From contig NC_043002.1 of the NCBI RefSeq assembly GCF_006345805.1, forward strand, positions 97,216,001 to 97,280,000: a stretch of 64,000 nucleotides of DNA, read 5' to 3'. Origin of the DNA: Octopus sinensis. Taxonomy: Eukaryota. The position numbers and the translations under genes were made by a program. Position 1 is the first letter of the stretch. Each line of letters starts with the position of its first letter. This document shows, in pieces, positions 51,741 to 64,000 of this stretch. The notes under the pieces were generated by a model. The model was not told the origin of the DNA, searched no databases, and saw nothing but the letters and a program-made list of their open reading frames with translations.

Positions 51741-52766
51741 TGTGCGGGTGAGAATGTGTACGTTTCAATTTGGGTGGATGGGTGTATGTTTTTAGGCGCA
51801 TGTACGTGGGTGTGCAGATGCGCGTGTGTAGGTATAGACATGTGCACTTACGCGAATACCATGAACTTTTTATCCCCTTACTTTTACACCCTTCCCTCAC
51901 TTAACCGTCATTCAAATAGCTCTTTTGTCTCTTTTGTCAATCACACAATAATTTCCCTTTGAACAACAGTCATTTTCATACCATTTTTGCGATGGCCGGA
52001 TAACTGAAGAAAAGGCGGCGTAGATTTCCACCTCGGCATCCGAAACTCGGAGTTTTATCATGGCTACTGAATAATTGTCACATATTACTTTTACAGATAA
52101 ATTCCTCTAGTTACAGAATATCGAGGTCTCTTTCATTCTTTTGTTGTCTTACCATTTCTATCAATATATATATATATATATATACAGAAAGCAAACCAAA
52201 TATTATATAATGGACTTCATTAGCTTACAGCTGTTTCTGCTAGATGTCGTGGACTCTTAATTGAGTACCAGGATAACAATCAATAGCTTTATCAGAGCTT
52301 TGAATATCAAGTGCACGTCATTTGGTAAAGTTACATTTTCAGAACATAGAGGCGTTATGAGTGAGAAAGTTTATGTTGATGGCTATGGAAAGTGATATCC
52401 CAAGGCAGAAAAATGTATCTCTTTGTTTTCTATTATCACTCTATTCTCATATAAGATTGTGTTCTGAGCCATATATATATATTGATTTCTACACCAGATA
52501 ATTAGCCTCGCTATGCCTAAGCGATATATTTATGTGTGTGTGTGTGTGTGTATGTAATTCGCACAGCTCCAAGTAAGGTGAGTAGAATGTAAATAAGTTA
52601 CAAGGATCTACAGGTATCAATACATAACGGCCGTTTCGAGTGGCTTCATTTAATCAATCAATGAATACCAGAAACCAAAATAATTATGTTTCCTTATGTT
52701 ATATATATGTACCAGAATGAATTTAGAAACAAATGCATATCTTATTAAACCTACTATAATTTAGAG

Positions 52767-55607
52767 CAGGGGTGGGCAAACTACGGCCCGCCATAGGTTT
52801 TCATGCGGCCCGCCGAGAGCTTTTATGAATCCCAACTTCTATGCAGATACTTCGTAACTGTTTCAGTTGTACGGTAATTCACAATAGTTTGCATTTTATT
52901 TCAGTTTACTGTTTCGCGCCTTCACAAAATTGTTCGCTGTTTGTTTGTTTCAGCTACTGTGAAGCGATGAAAATTTTCGAGAAATATTCCCATGGCATCA
53001 TAATAAAACACATTTCCGGGTGAAGATATCTTTTCTGTGTTTTCTCGTCAGACCCTACAAACTCAAAAATTAATAGAATGATGAAACAAGTATTGTGGCA
53101 ATACAACGATGGTGAAGAGGGCATGATGGACGATGCGTTTCGTTCCAATGAAGAAGCCGGCCAGGTTAATAAAAGGGCTTGAACCAGCTTTTTCTGGACA
53201 CAGAGCTGTTGTTGGTTATCATTCACTCTATCGATTATTTGAATTAAGTAAAGACACGAGTGTTTCAAACTAGCTTTTGTTGTCTGATAAAATTTACCCA
53301 AAATGAGTTGTTCGAAGCTATCTAAAAAGCGAAAAATTGAAGAGGAATGTCGTGTTTTTAATGAAAATTGGACTGCAAAGTATTTCTTTACCGACGTTGG
53401 AGTGAAAGCTGCATGTTTGATTTGCTCTGAAACAGTTGCTGTGTTCAAGGAATATAATTTGAAACGCCACTTTCAAACGAAGCACGCCAATTTTGGACAC
53501 AATTTATCAAAACAAGAACTGCAAAAGAAAGCAAATGATCTGACAAAACGTTTGAAGCAACAGCAAAATGTGTTTGATAAAACTTCCTCTTTACAAAGAA
53601 CGCGACAAAGGCAAGTTTTATATTGGCCAACAAAATTGCAAAGCAAAGCAAGTCATTCGCAGAAGCAGAATTTATCAAAGATTGTATGGTTGATGCTGTC
53701 AGCGTTGTGTGTCCTGAAGTTAAGTCAAAAGTAGAAGCCATTTCCCTGTCACGAAGAACTATTGTTCGTCGCATTGATGCAATTGCCGTGAATATTCATG
53801 AACAGCTGTTAACAGCCAGTGGTCGATTTCAGTGGTTCTCTATTGCTTTAGATGCGAGTACTGATATTCAGGAGACTACTCAGTTACTCATTTACATCAG
53901 AGGAATTGACGAAAACTTTGAAATTACAGAGGAATTGTTATCTATGGAGTCTCTCAAAGACACTACTACTGGAAAAGATTTGTTCAACAGTGTCATTAAC
54001 AGTTCAATCAGGTCTGGATTAACCCTAAATAAACTGGCCAGAATTACAACCGATGGAGCTCCTGCACTCACCGGTAAACATTCCGGCCTTGTGAAGTTGT
54101 TGAATGACAAAATCAAAGAAGATTTTCCACTACACAGTGTGTTGTCTTTTCACTGCATCATACATCAAGAAAGCCTTTGTAAGTCATCTTTAAAACTCAA
54201 AGATGTCATCGAACCTATGGTGCGTGCAGTGAATTTAATAAGATCACGGGGATTGAAACACAGGCAATTCCGAAGTTTCTTGGAGGATGTAGAGGCTGAT
54301 TTTACTGATGTGCTGTACTACACAAATGTCCGCTGGTTAAGCATTGGAAAAGTTCTTAAGAGAGTATGGGACCTCAAAGCAGAGATTCTTATGTTTCTCA
54401 AAATGCAAGACATCTCCTGTGACTTTTTAAACGAAATGGAGAGTGACGAATGGGTTTGTGATTTTGCATTTGCTGTGGACATAATGCAGAAGCTGAATGA
54501 ACTTAACACAAAACTGCAAGGCAAAGGTATATTTGCTCATGAATTGTACCTGGAAGTGAAAGCTTTTCAATGGAAGCTTGGGCTTTTTGCCAAGCAGCTG
54601 AATGAGCAAAAATTTATTCACTTCCCTCTGCTGAAAACACAGTGTTACACAAGAATCATCGGATAAGTACAGTTCCCAGTTGATGGCTTTACAAAAGGAA
54701 TTCATTAGAAGATTTGCTGATTTCAAGGCAGTTGAAGGCCTGTTCGATTTGCTTAACTCGCCTCTTGCCTGTCACATTGAAACAACTACCGAGGAACTGC
54801 AGATAGAACTGATTCATTTGCAAGCCGACAATTCTTTAAAGATGATGTTTAAAAGTAAACCACTGGTCGAGTTTTATGCTTCTCTACATTCAAAAAAGTT
54901 TCAAAATCTAAAAAAATTTGTGTTGTTTGCATCAACTTACATATGTGAGCAGACTTTCTCCATCATGAAAATTAACAAGGGGAAGAATCGATCACTTCTC
55001 ACAGACTCAAATCTTCAGTCAATGTTAAGAATCAGCACAAGCAACTTGACACCTAATTTTGACAAACTGCTAAATGACAGTAGTCAGCTGCATCATTCTC
55101 ATTGACATTGTTATTTACAGAGCCGCTTTGTTTTTCAAATAAATGCTCCAGGTGACGTTTCTAATTTCAGATATAAATTCATATTAATAAACTGTTATTT
55201 CTCTTTAAAATCTTTTATTTTGGGTATCCTAGAATTTAAGTATAATATTCATCATGGTTGTCCATAATATTAAGAGGTGGTTGTCCACAATTAGTGCAGA
55301 TTTTACTAGGAAAATTCCGTTCCTGGCAATTTGTAAGCAATAACATGCTGTCCAAAATAACCGAGGTTCCTTTAATAATTTCAACTATAGGAGCAAATAA
55401 CCGAAAAACATGAACCCGATACTCTAAAAAATAAATTAAATCACTTAAACCAGGAATATTTCACAAAATTTCCTTTCAATCAATTGTGTGTTTATAGGTC
55501 TATAACCGCCTTTAAAAATATTTTCACTTGATTTTTATAAATGGGGCCCGCCAAGGTTCCAAAGACGCACTGTGCGGCCCGCGATCAAAAAAGTTCGCCC
55601 ACCCCTG
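52767..55607 (+). mobile_element. Full-length hAT transposon, Buster/Charlie-type (2841 bp)
   Basis: 16-bp TIRs CAGGGGTGGGCAAACT / AGTTCGCCCACCCCTG (1 mismatch); perfect 8-bp TSD ATTTAGAG (52759-52766, 55608-55615) with central TA. Confidence 0.97.
53303..55105 (+). pseudogene. hAT transposase (SPIN/GTF2IRD2/EPM2AIP1-like family) with two frameshifts
   Basis: N-terminal zinc finger CLIC...NLKRHFQTKH; FSIALDASTD, ITTDGA, HCIIHQE, VRWLS, STYICEQTFS; frameshifts near 53595 (-1) and 54645 (-2). Confidence 0.93.
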
Positions 55608-55943
55608 ATTTAGAGAGTAGTAGAAGAAAATAGTGAGGGTCAAGATATAGGAGTGGTGAGATAGTTATTCATACATAGAAGGATTTATGCACCATGTAGT
55701 CTATAACAATTTAGAATTAAATCCATTGGAAGTTCTCACTGTCTTTCTAGTTGATGGTGATGTATGTTAAATGCTCGAAATACGAGACCAGAAAAACAGC
55801 CAACAACTGATGAAGGGTCGTTCTTTATGTTTGTTTTGATTTACATTTGTGTCTTTCGTTGTTCGGGAGAATAGTTCATGTTCCATATACACGTGCTCGT
55901 ATTTTTAGTTGTACACGTTTCATGATGTCCTGTGCCCACATAT

Positions 55944-56079
55944 GCTTATATATATATACACATAGATGTATGTACATATACGTATGTATATATGCATATG
56001 TATATATATATATATAAATATGGGGAGTGTATATATATATATGTATACATATATACATATATATATGTAAATATGGGGA

Positions 56080-56129
<50 letters not shown>

Positions 56130-56390
56130 ACATATACACATACATATATGCTTATATATATACATATAGATGTATGTACATATACGTATGTATATATGCA
56201 TATGTATATATATATAAATATGGGGAGTGTATATATATATATGTATACATATATACATATATATATATGTAAATATGGGGAGTGTATATATATATATACA
56301 TATATACATATATATATGTAAATATATATATATATATATATGTATGTATACATATACACATACATATATATATACAAACATATATATATA
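55944..56390. repeat. TA-rich minisatellite with recurring AAATATGGGGAGTG motif and a ~206-bp higher-order duplication
   Basis: Motif near 56017, 56069, 56216, 56271; block starting GCTTATATATA at 55942 and about 56150. Confidence 0.85.
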
Positions 56391-56779
56391 TATATGAATT
56401 TTAACAGTTTATATCGTATTATAATGTCAGTAATATTATTCTTAACACGGAAGATTTATCACTGCAATTAATTTTATAATCCATTCATGGAATTGTCAGC
56501 ATACACGCTACCGAGAACAACATCAACTGTATCACGTGAACATATTCTGTGCACGCTATCTATAATCTACTACTTGCAGAAGAAATAGTTTACGTTATTC
56601 GGTCAAACGACAGATGATAACGTATCCAATTTTGGGTTTATTTGTTTGTTATTTTGTTCCGTTTTTTTTTGTTGGTTTCCTATTTTTTATTCTTTTTCGC
56701 ATTACACATGATTTATTTAAAACGTATCACCATTACAAGACAGGCTATTTGACAGTGCTGCATGAACCTAATGTATAAA

Positions 56780-57450
56780 GCTTAGTTCCCTCAACATCAA
56801 GAATGTTAGGTGTTATAGAGCTGCGTATTTCTGTGTTACTCATGTGCGTTTCTGTAGAGATGCTGCTTTGAATATTATTGTCGTATCGTCACACAACATG
56901 TGACATGATTCTACATGTTTTAAATGTAGGAAAAAAGGCCACATTAAGGCAGAATTCCTTCCACGCAGTGCAAAGGCAACAAAGGCATCAAAAGGAATAT
57001 CGCAACTCAGGTGAAGACGTCTACAAGCAAGGAGGAGTCTAAGAAAGAAGAACAATAATAATGGATAAAACAACTAAAAAAGGAGAAAAACTGGGAAAAA
57101 GTCTGAGGAAAAAATGTGAATCCGCACCTTACTCCCACCCGATCCCAAGATGTCACACCCTCCCCTACAGTCACCAAACTCCCCTCACCCTCCTGATACA
57201 GACAACTACACAAACATAGAGGTACGCAACACTCCCCAACCCCGAACCTCAAACATGTATTTTGGTTTAATTTATAGTAAGTTACACAAAAGACTGAAGA
57301 ACAGTTTAAAGAACACAGCTATCCTACCTGTGTCGGTGGTCGTGGAAGGAGAGGTAAGGTTACCCGAAAACTCCTGATGCGTCCTGGAGCATGAGGAGGA
57401 GAGGTGAAACGAATGGAAAAGTTTGAGACAGAAATATTGGACATAGGCGT
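56780..57450 (+). mobile_element. LINE ORF1-like remnant (zinc knuckle + P/T-rich linker), possibly L1/Tx1 group
   Basis: TCFKCRKKGHIKAEF at 56913-56957 (CX2CX4HX4C with last C to F), then low-complexity K/P/T-rich sequence. Confidence 0.45.
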
Positions 57451-57479
57451 GACGCAAGTAAGTTACCGACCTATATTTT

Positions 57480-58716
57480 AATAATCAGTTTATTAAAAAA
57501 ATAAAGTGTAAAGGAAGTCACTCTGATGTGGGGTCGAGTGGTTTCGTTCCATTTCGTTATTCATTTTTTTCATTTTTCCCATTCGCTTATTTTTTTGTCC
57601 CCACTTATGTTTGTATCTGTCCTTCTGTGGTTAGCCCCCAATGGACAATAAAGAAATCGTTGTTACAATCATCTGAAATGGAACTGTCAAAGCGCGATAT
57701 TCGAGCAATTTTGCTATTCAACTTCAAAAAGGACGTAAAGCAACTGAAACTGCTCGAGATATCAATGAAACGTTTGGTGAGGAAATGACGAGTGACTGGT
57801 CAGCTCGAAAATGGTTTAAACGATTTCACAATGGAGATCTGAGTCTTGAAGATCGTGAGAGTAGTGGACGCCCATCTGTCATCGATGACGGTCAATTAAA
57901 GACCATCATTGAGAAAGATCCAATAAACCCACTCGAGAACTGGCAAAAGAACTTCAAGTTAACCATAAAACTGCCTACAACCATTTACAGTCATCGGACA
58001 ATCAAACAATCTCGACAATTGGGTACCACACAATTGGAATGAAAAATGCACAGATATGAAATTTGCACGTCGCTTCCTGTCCGTAACCAAACCGATTCAT
58101 TTCTCGACCGTATTGTAACTTGTGATGAAAAGTGGATTCTGTACAATAATAAAGAATGTTCTTCGCTGAAGGTTATCGTGGCTGTTTGGTGGTGTACTGC
58201 TGGACTCATCCACTATAACTTCTTAAAACCCAGAAAAGCCATGACTGCGTAAACATATTGCCATGAAATTGCCAAAATGAACGAAAAACTATTACTCCTC
58301 CGTCCCAGACTGGTCAACAGAAGAGGGTCAATCATTCTACATGACAATGCTCGACCACACGTTTCACTAATGACGCTCCAGAATTTGAGGGAACTTGGTT
58401 ACAAAGCTCTTCCCCTGCCCAGATTATTCCCCAGACCTTTCTCCTACCGACAATCTATTTTTCAAGCACCTTGAGGGTTTCCTGTGAGAGAAGGGGTTCA
58501 AGAATCAAACTGATGCTGAAAGTGCATTCAAAGAGTTCATCAGCTCCGGAACTCCAGACATTTATGTTACCGGAATAAACAAACTTGTAACTCGTTGGCA
58601 ATAGGGTTGATTATAATGGTGCTTACTTTGATGAATAAAAATTCCGCATTGTTGAAATATATTGTGAGGAATTTCATGTTTCAAAACGTTGCTTACTTTT
58701 TACTCAGACTGACATA
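57480..58716 (+). mobile_element. Decayed mariner (DD34D) element; transposase remnant 57678-58638
   Basis: MELSKRDIRAILLFNFKK, WFKRF..GDLSLED..RSGRP, IVTCDEKWILYNN, ILHDNARPH, YSPDL, KLVTRWQ..VDYNGAYFDE*; right TIR-like 58683-58716; left end disrupted. Confidence 0.88.
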
Positions 58717-59096
58717 TCATTTAATTAGCCATGCTAATTGTGAAACCAATGTGGGGACTAAGCGCATTTGTTACTTTAAACTCAATTCCTGAAAGTGAAA
58801 TATTTTATGATCCACTTCTCAGTTGACATGAAGCTCAGGAAATTCATTTATGATTGATATTTTCTTTCACACTTGCAAACGGTCAAGCATTATTTAACCA
58901 GCCACGAAAGGCCGGATGGCACTTTTGACCTCGGTTGCATATATAAAGTATATAAATTTTGTTTGGCTATATTGGTCAATATTGCCGAGTTAGACCCAGC
59001 TTTCTGTGTTCTCTTCCCTGAGGATCTGGATTTGTTGATGGCTTGTGTTGGATGACCACATGCCATAAGGTCATGGAAGAAGAGGCGGTATCTCGA

Positions 59097-59179
59097 CTAG
59101 ATAGAGGGCTGACTGAGATTCCGCTCAAAAGGTCGCCCGGAAGGTTCCATGAATATATCGACACTCAATAAAGCAACGA
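59097..59179 (-). other. Candidate terminal exon in a GC-richer unique island
   Basis: Acceptor GTCATTGCAG then FVALLSVDIFMEPSGRPFERNLSQPSI*; no homology recognised. Confidence 0.15.
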
Positions 59180-59989
59180 ACTGCAATGACACATGACCCC
59201 ACACTTGATCTGACACATTCAAATCCTCAGTTTTTATTATATTCTCGTTTTTATTTCTGTTTATCTTCCCAACATTAACGTACAGCATTTTATTCTTCCT
59301 TCTTTGCAGTATTTTCACATGACTTGGGTATAGTGCAATACGTTCATTTTGTGATTTTAGAGACTCCTAAACTACTTTGATTCTTAGGAACAGTTTGAAT
59401 TTGACCTTTGCTATTTATTCAGAATATGCACTCCAAAATAGTAAGTTAGGTTCTATCTACTTCTATTTAAATACAATAGAAATAGTTTCTCCTTGATTAC
59501 ATTTTTCTGTCTCAAAACACGCTACTTATGTCCTTCATTCATATTGATAGGAATACTTAACTCTAGTCGGATGTTTACTCAGCTCTTAGATATCTCAAAC
59601 AGTTATTTCACTAAAGTTGAACAACTACAGAAATAATTTTTCGAATAAATATATAATACATTTTGCAACAGTTTCTTTTCTTATTTGTTTTATTTTCAAA
59701 GAATCAAGCCATTCTCACTTGAAATGCCATCTTCATATTCTTGCTTAAAGTTAAATTCTTTCTTTCCTTTTACGATGCTGTAACTGCCGTTCAATGAAGA
59801 CTTTGGAAAGCTATTAACAGATGTTATTTCTAAGAATACGACATAAGCAAATTCCCATTGCCATACTGGAACAGTGCTGATCATAACTATTTGTGTCTCA
59901 GTATAGCAACACTACATTATATATACAAATGAATATCTTCCAACTTGAAATAAATCGCTGCAACTTGTAGATTTTAGTAACGACCATGC

Positions 59990-60130
59990 ACTTAAGATTA
60001 CCAATGGGGTAGTGGAAAAACTTCAGCGCCAAAATGTACACCAGCCCTGATCAATTGCTTACTCTCTATAAAGATCAAAGGCTCGGATGACAATCCTACA
60101 AATAAACTGGCAAGGTGTTATATTTACCCA
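59990..60130 (+). mobile_element. Decayed LINE post-RT fragment (CR1/Jockey-like)
   Basis: KMYTSPDQLLTLYKDQ resembles the xxQLLTLYKAQIRP motif. Confidence 0.35.
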
Positions 60131-60429
60131 GTTTGTTGCTGCAAACACAACCTAATGGCTGATTTGCAAAAATCTTTCATGAACACAATCACAGACTATA
60201 ATTTCTGTCACTGTTTTAACGTATCCAGTTTCCATGTTTTAACCCCCTACGTGATTCGTTGTAACCAAACTCACATTGTATATTTTTTCTTCCCTTTCTT
60301 TCACATATTTCCTCCTAAGAATCGTTTCAATTTTAAATATTAAATATCGAATGCAGAAAGTACCACAGCCGGATTCTATGTTAGAGAATAATCATTAAAA
60401 TTATGTCTGAACACTTATTATATAATAAA

Positions 60430-60582
60430 GTTCTAGATTTAAGAGATGAGGAATTATGTACATTATTTACATTTGACAGATATTTGTCCTCATCTTGTTT
60501 GTTGTTAACACAACGTTTCGGCTGATATACCCTCCAGTCTTCATCAGATGAGGACAAATATCCGTCAAATGTAAATAATGTA
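60430..60582 (-). mobile_element. Hammerhead-bearing pLTR-like element with an inverted partial copy at its 5' end
   Basis: Minus copy 60430-60547 (core CUGAUGA..GAAAC at 60507-60547); 60546-60582 is the inverse of 60459-60495 (1 mismatch). Confidence 0.88.
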
Positions 60583-60954
60583 ATTATTGTATGTTCCACT
60601 GAGGAAACAAAAATGCTCCAGTAAGAGAAAGGGAGAAAGTAACGAAAACAAACTTAGAGCGGACTGCGTTCTGATTGCTTGCTTAAAAAGAAAATAATTT
60701 ATTAAGTTTAAGGAAATGTCAAGGTCGTAGCTACATTATGATGAAATCAGAATAAACTGCAATAATACAATTATGTACATTCATAAAACTGAGTTGTGAA
60801 AAAGCAAAATAATGTTTAAAGGGTTACTGTTCGGAAGTCTCCATACGACCAGATCTAAATATTTTTTAATGGTTAAAATTTATTTTGTATTTGCTGGCAA
60901 TTTGAGTGCAACTGCTAAACACGGTTATACGTATCATGATTGTATTTTGCAAGG

Positions 60955-61172
60955 TGGTGAGTTACGAGAATCGTTAGCACGCCGGACTAAATGCTTAGCG
61001 GCATTTTGTCCATCATTACGTTCTGAGTTCAAATTCCGTCGAGGTCGACTTTGCCTGTCATCCTTTCACAGTCTATAAAATAAGCACAAGTTATGCACTG
61101 GGACCGATATTATCGACAATGCTCCTCCCTACAAATTTCAGGCCTTGTGCCTGTTGTAGAAAGGGTTATGAT
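60955..61172 (+). mobile_element. SINE family A monomer with Y tail
   Basis: Head, GTTCTGAGTTCAAATTCC body, AAATTTCAGGCCTTGTGCC...GTAGAAAGG. Confidence 0.8.
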
Positions 61173-61182
61173 TATAGTTTGT

Positions 61183-61550
61183 ACGGCTGTGTGACTAAAA
61201 AGCGCGCTTCGAAACCATGTAGTTTCGGTTTCACTCACACTGCGCGGCACCTTGGGCGTCTTCTAATGCCTTGAGAGTGAATTTATTCATAGAAACTGTG
61301 TGGAAGCCCGCCGTACAAATATATATATATATATGTGCGTGTTTGTGCTTTTGATTTTCTCTTACCACCTCTTAACAACCAGTGTTGGTTTGCTTACGTC
61401 CTCCAAACTTAGCGTTTCGAGAAAAGAGATCTCTCGATTAAATACCAGACTTTAAAAAAGTACTGGGGTGGGTTTGTTTGGGTAACCCTTCAAGGCGATG
61501 CTCAAGCATTGCCGGTGTCTAGTGACTGAAACTAGTAAATCATAAAAGAT
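61183..61550 (+). mobile_element. Diverged SINE family C, complete with internal microsatellite
   Basis: GGCTGTGTG head, GCACCTTGGGC, internal TA run, 3' part ending GTGACTGAAAC...AAAAGA. Confidence 0.65.
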
Positions 61551-61978
61551 TAGAAGTTGATGATAAAGACTATTCTGATGATTTTTACAAAAATGCTTAA
61601 AAAAAACCAATAAAATATCCAAAAATATTTCAGTAAAATATAGTAAAAAGAAAAACTATTGACTTTGTGTTATGAAATGATTCATAACAGGACCAACTTC
61701 AAATTATTCCTGCAAATAATGGTTGATTAGATTAATTATAGCGCTTAAGGAGTCTACAGAATTTTTTTGGAAGTTTTCTAAATGCTTCTTCTTATGATAA
61801 TTAAATTCTTTTCGATTATCGTATAATTTTTCTCTTTGAATATGACTGTTTCCGTGTAAAAATTAGGTTAGATTTTTCGAAAAAGGAAGAAATTAAAGCA
61901 GAACCTAAAACGTATTCTATTTTGTGATTTCTATACTAAAGTTTTATTATGGTGAGTGCCCCAATGATTAAATATTTT

Positions 61979-62356
61979 TTTCTACTCTAAGCACAAGGCC
62001 CGATATTTTGGGGGCGGGTCCAGTCGATTAGATCGACCCAGTGCGCAACTAGTACTTATTTAATCGACCCCGAAAGGATAAAAGGCAAAGTCGACCTCAG
62101 TGGAATTTAAACTCAGAACGTAGCGACAGACGAAATACCTGTTTCTTTACTACACACAAGGGGCTAAACACAGCGAGGACAAACGGATTAAGACGATTAT
62201 ATCGACCCCAGTGCGTAACTGGTACTTATTTAATCGACCCCGAAAGGATGAAAGGCAAAGTCGACCTCGGCGGAATTTGAACTCAGAACGTAACGGCAGA
62301 CGAAATACCTCTAAGCATGTCGCCCGGCGTGCTAACGATTCTGCCAGCTTGCCGCC
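61979..62356 (-). mobile_element. SINE family A dimer (head-body-X-body-Y)
   Basis: Two bodies joined through module X at GAAA(C)AGGTATTTCGTC. Confidence 0.9.
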
Positions 62357-62892
62357 TTCCAACGACTACATAATTGTTCACACTATGATTACACAGCTGT
62401 GCTTGTTATTATGAGATGCAGGCACAGCTGTGAGGTTAAGAACCTTCGTTCCGTAACCTGGTAGTTTCGTATTCAATCTCACCATGTGGTTATATACGCA
62501 AGTGTATTCCTGGGTTTTGTATTCCAAATGCGTTGTGAATAAAATTTGGTAGAAGGAAGTTGTGTAGAAAAGCCTCGTGCATGTGTGTGTGTGTATACAT
62601 AGGCATGTGTGTGTGTGTGTTTGTGTGTGTGTATTTATGTACATACAAGCAATTTTTAATGAGGTTGGACAAGTCGATTGCATCGACACCCGTATTTATT
62701 TTACTGATAAAGGAACGAAAGGCGAAGTTAATCTCGGCAGGTTTTGAACGCATGACAGGAAGAGCCGAAAGATAGATTGAGGAGCATTTTGTCCGATATG
62801 CTAACGATTCTTCCAGCTCGCAGCCTTCATTGCAATATTCAGATATTGGTTTCTAACTCTAACAGTCAGGTTTAACCTTTAGCATTCATATT

Positions 62893-63474
62893 CTTTTCTA
62901 CTCTAGACACAAGGTCCGAAATTCTGGGGAATGGGGCCAGTCAATTAGATAGACCCCAGTATGCAACTTGTACTTAATTTATCGACCCCGAAAAGATGAA
63001 AGACAAAGACGACCTGCGCGGAATTTGAACTCAGAACGTAGCAGCAAACGAAATACCTATTTCTTTACTACCCACAACTGGCTAAAGACAGAGGGGACAA
63101 ACAAGGACAGACAAACGGATTAAGTCGATTATATCGACCCAATTCGTAACTAGTACTTATTTAATCGACCCCGAATGTATGAAAGGCAAAGTCGACCTTC
63201 GCGGAATTTGAATTCAGAACGTTGTGGCTGACGAAATACCTATTGCTTTACTACCCACAAGGGGCTAAACACAGAGGGGACAAACAAGGACAGACATAGG
63301 TATTAAGTTGATTACATCGACCCCAGTGCGTAACTGGTGCTTAATTTATCAACCCTGAAAGGATGAAAGGCAAAGTCGACCTCGGCGGGATTTGAACTCA
63401 GAACGTAACGGCAGATGAAATACGGCTACGCATTTCGCCCGGCGTGCTAACGTTTCTGCCAGCTCACCGCCCTT
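62893..63474 (-). mobile_element. SINE family A trimer (head-body-X-body-X-body-Y), 16-bp TSD
   Basis: Period 183-184 bp (AAATAC at 63051, 63234, 63418); TSD CTTTAGCATTCATATT at 62877-62892 and 63475-63490. Confidence 0.95.
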
Positions 63475-64000
63475 CTTTAGCATTCATATTAGACTGTCAA
63501 TTATAATGTTTATTTATTCACATTGTTTTGAATTAATCAAGCATTACCTTATAGCTTTGATATTTCGATGATATGATTGTGTATCTTTAGAACGACACTG
63601 TAGGATGGGTGTGAGAAGCCTGATCTACTTAGATTGAACATAAAACGGGTAGAACACTTGGGCCTGGTATGGCTGCTTTGAATGGGTAAGGATTAAATCT
63701 ACACCTATAAAAAAACAACTCTATTACTTACCATTTACAATCTAAAATCTAAAATGTCACCATAATTTCAATGCAAGTGATAGTGTGTTCTCTTGTTATA
63801 AAATTCAACACTCACTTTCTTGACTATTTCCAGTCAAACGTTAAACGCAAACGTTATAAAACTCACAAAAAAGTTTCTAAAATATTTAAACGAATAAGAA
63901 AACAATGGCGTTTTATAATATGTAAAAATAAACAGAATTTTAACTACGATGGAGTCTTATTAATAAAATATAACATCATTGGAAACGAATTATTGTTTTT

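Noticed and set aside
57450-57475. GCAAGTAAGTTACCGACCTATA as the mariner left TIR
   Set aside because: It is oriented like a right-hand TIR and does not match the reverse complement of 58683-58716; the left end is left undefined.
59105-59160. Minus-strand LPGDLLSGISV resembles the SLC26 transporter segment LLGDLLSGLSV
   Set aside because: The following PQG..AYA motif is absent in all frames; likely chance.

Overview
Eukaryotic, very AT-rich DNA saturated with microsatellites. The repeat families (tRNA-derived SINEs, (TA)n/(AAT)n/(GATA)n tracts) look like those of octopus-type cephalopod genomes; this is inferred, not searched. I recognise no intact host gene. Most long ORFs in the track are translations of simple repeats. 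The window is mostly transposon remains: at least four Penelope-like (PLE) fragments, several R4/Dong-like LINE pieces in (AAT)n tracts, RTE- and CR1-type LINE fragments, a full-length 2.84-kb hAT/Buster transposon with TIRs, 8-bp TSD and two frameshifts, a hAT MITE, a decayed mariner, a non-autonomous Helitron-like element and over 25 SINE copies of three main families. Most notable: (i) seven type-I hammerhead-ribozyme motifs of four sequence families, in PLE termini or in short microsatellite-embedded elements, including one fully canonical motif and one family with a shared A6U core variant; (ii) a ~605-bp tandem array followed by an inverted copy exactly one unit long, set in (TA)n; (iii) SINEs with modular, multimeric bodies and swappable 3' tails. 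A 100-N gap lies at 13894-13993. All alignments, translations and folds were done by eye.
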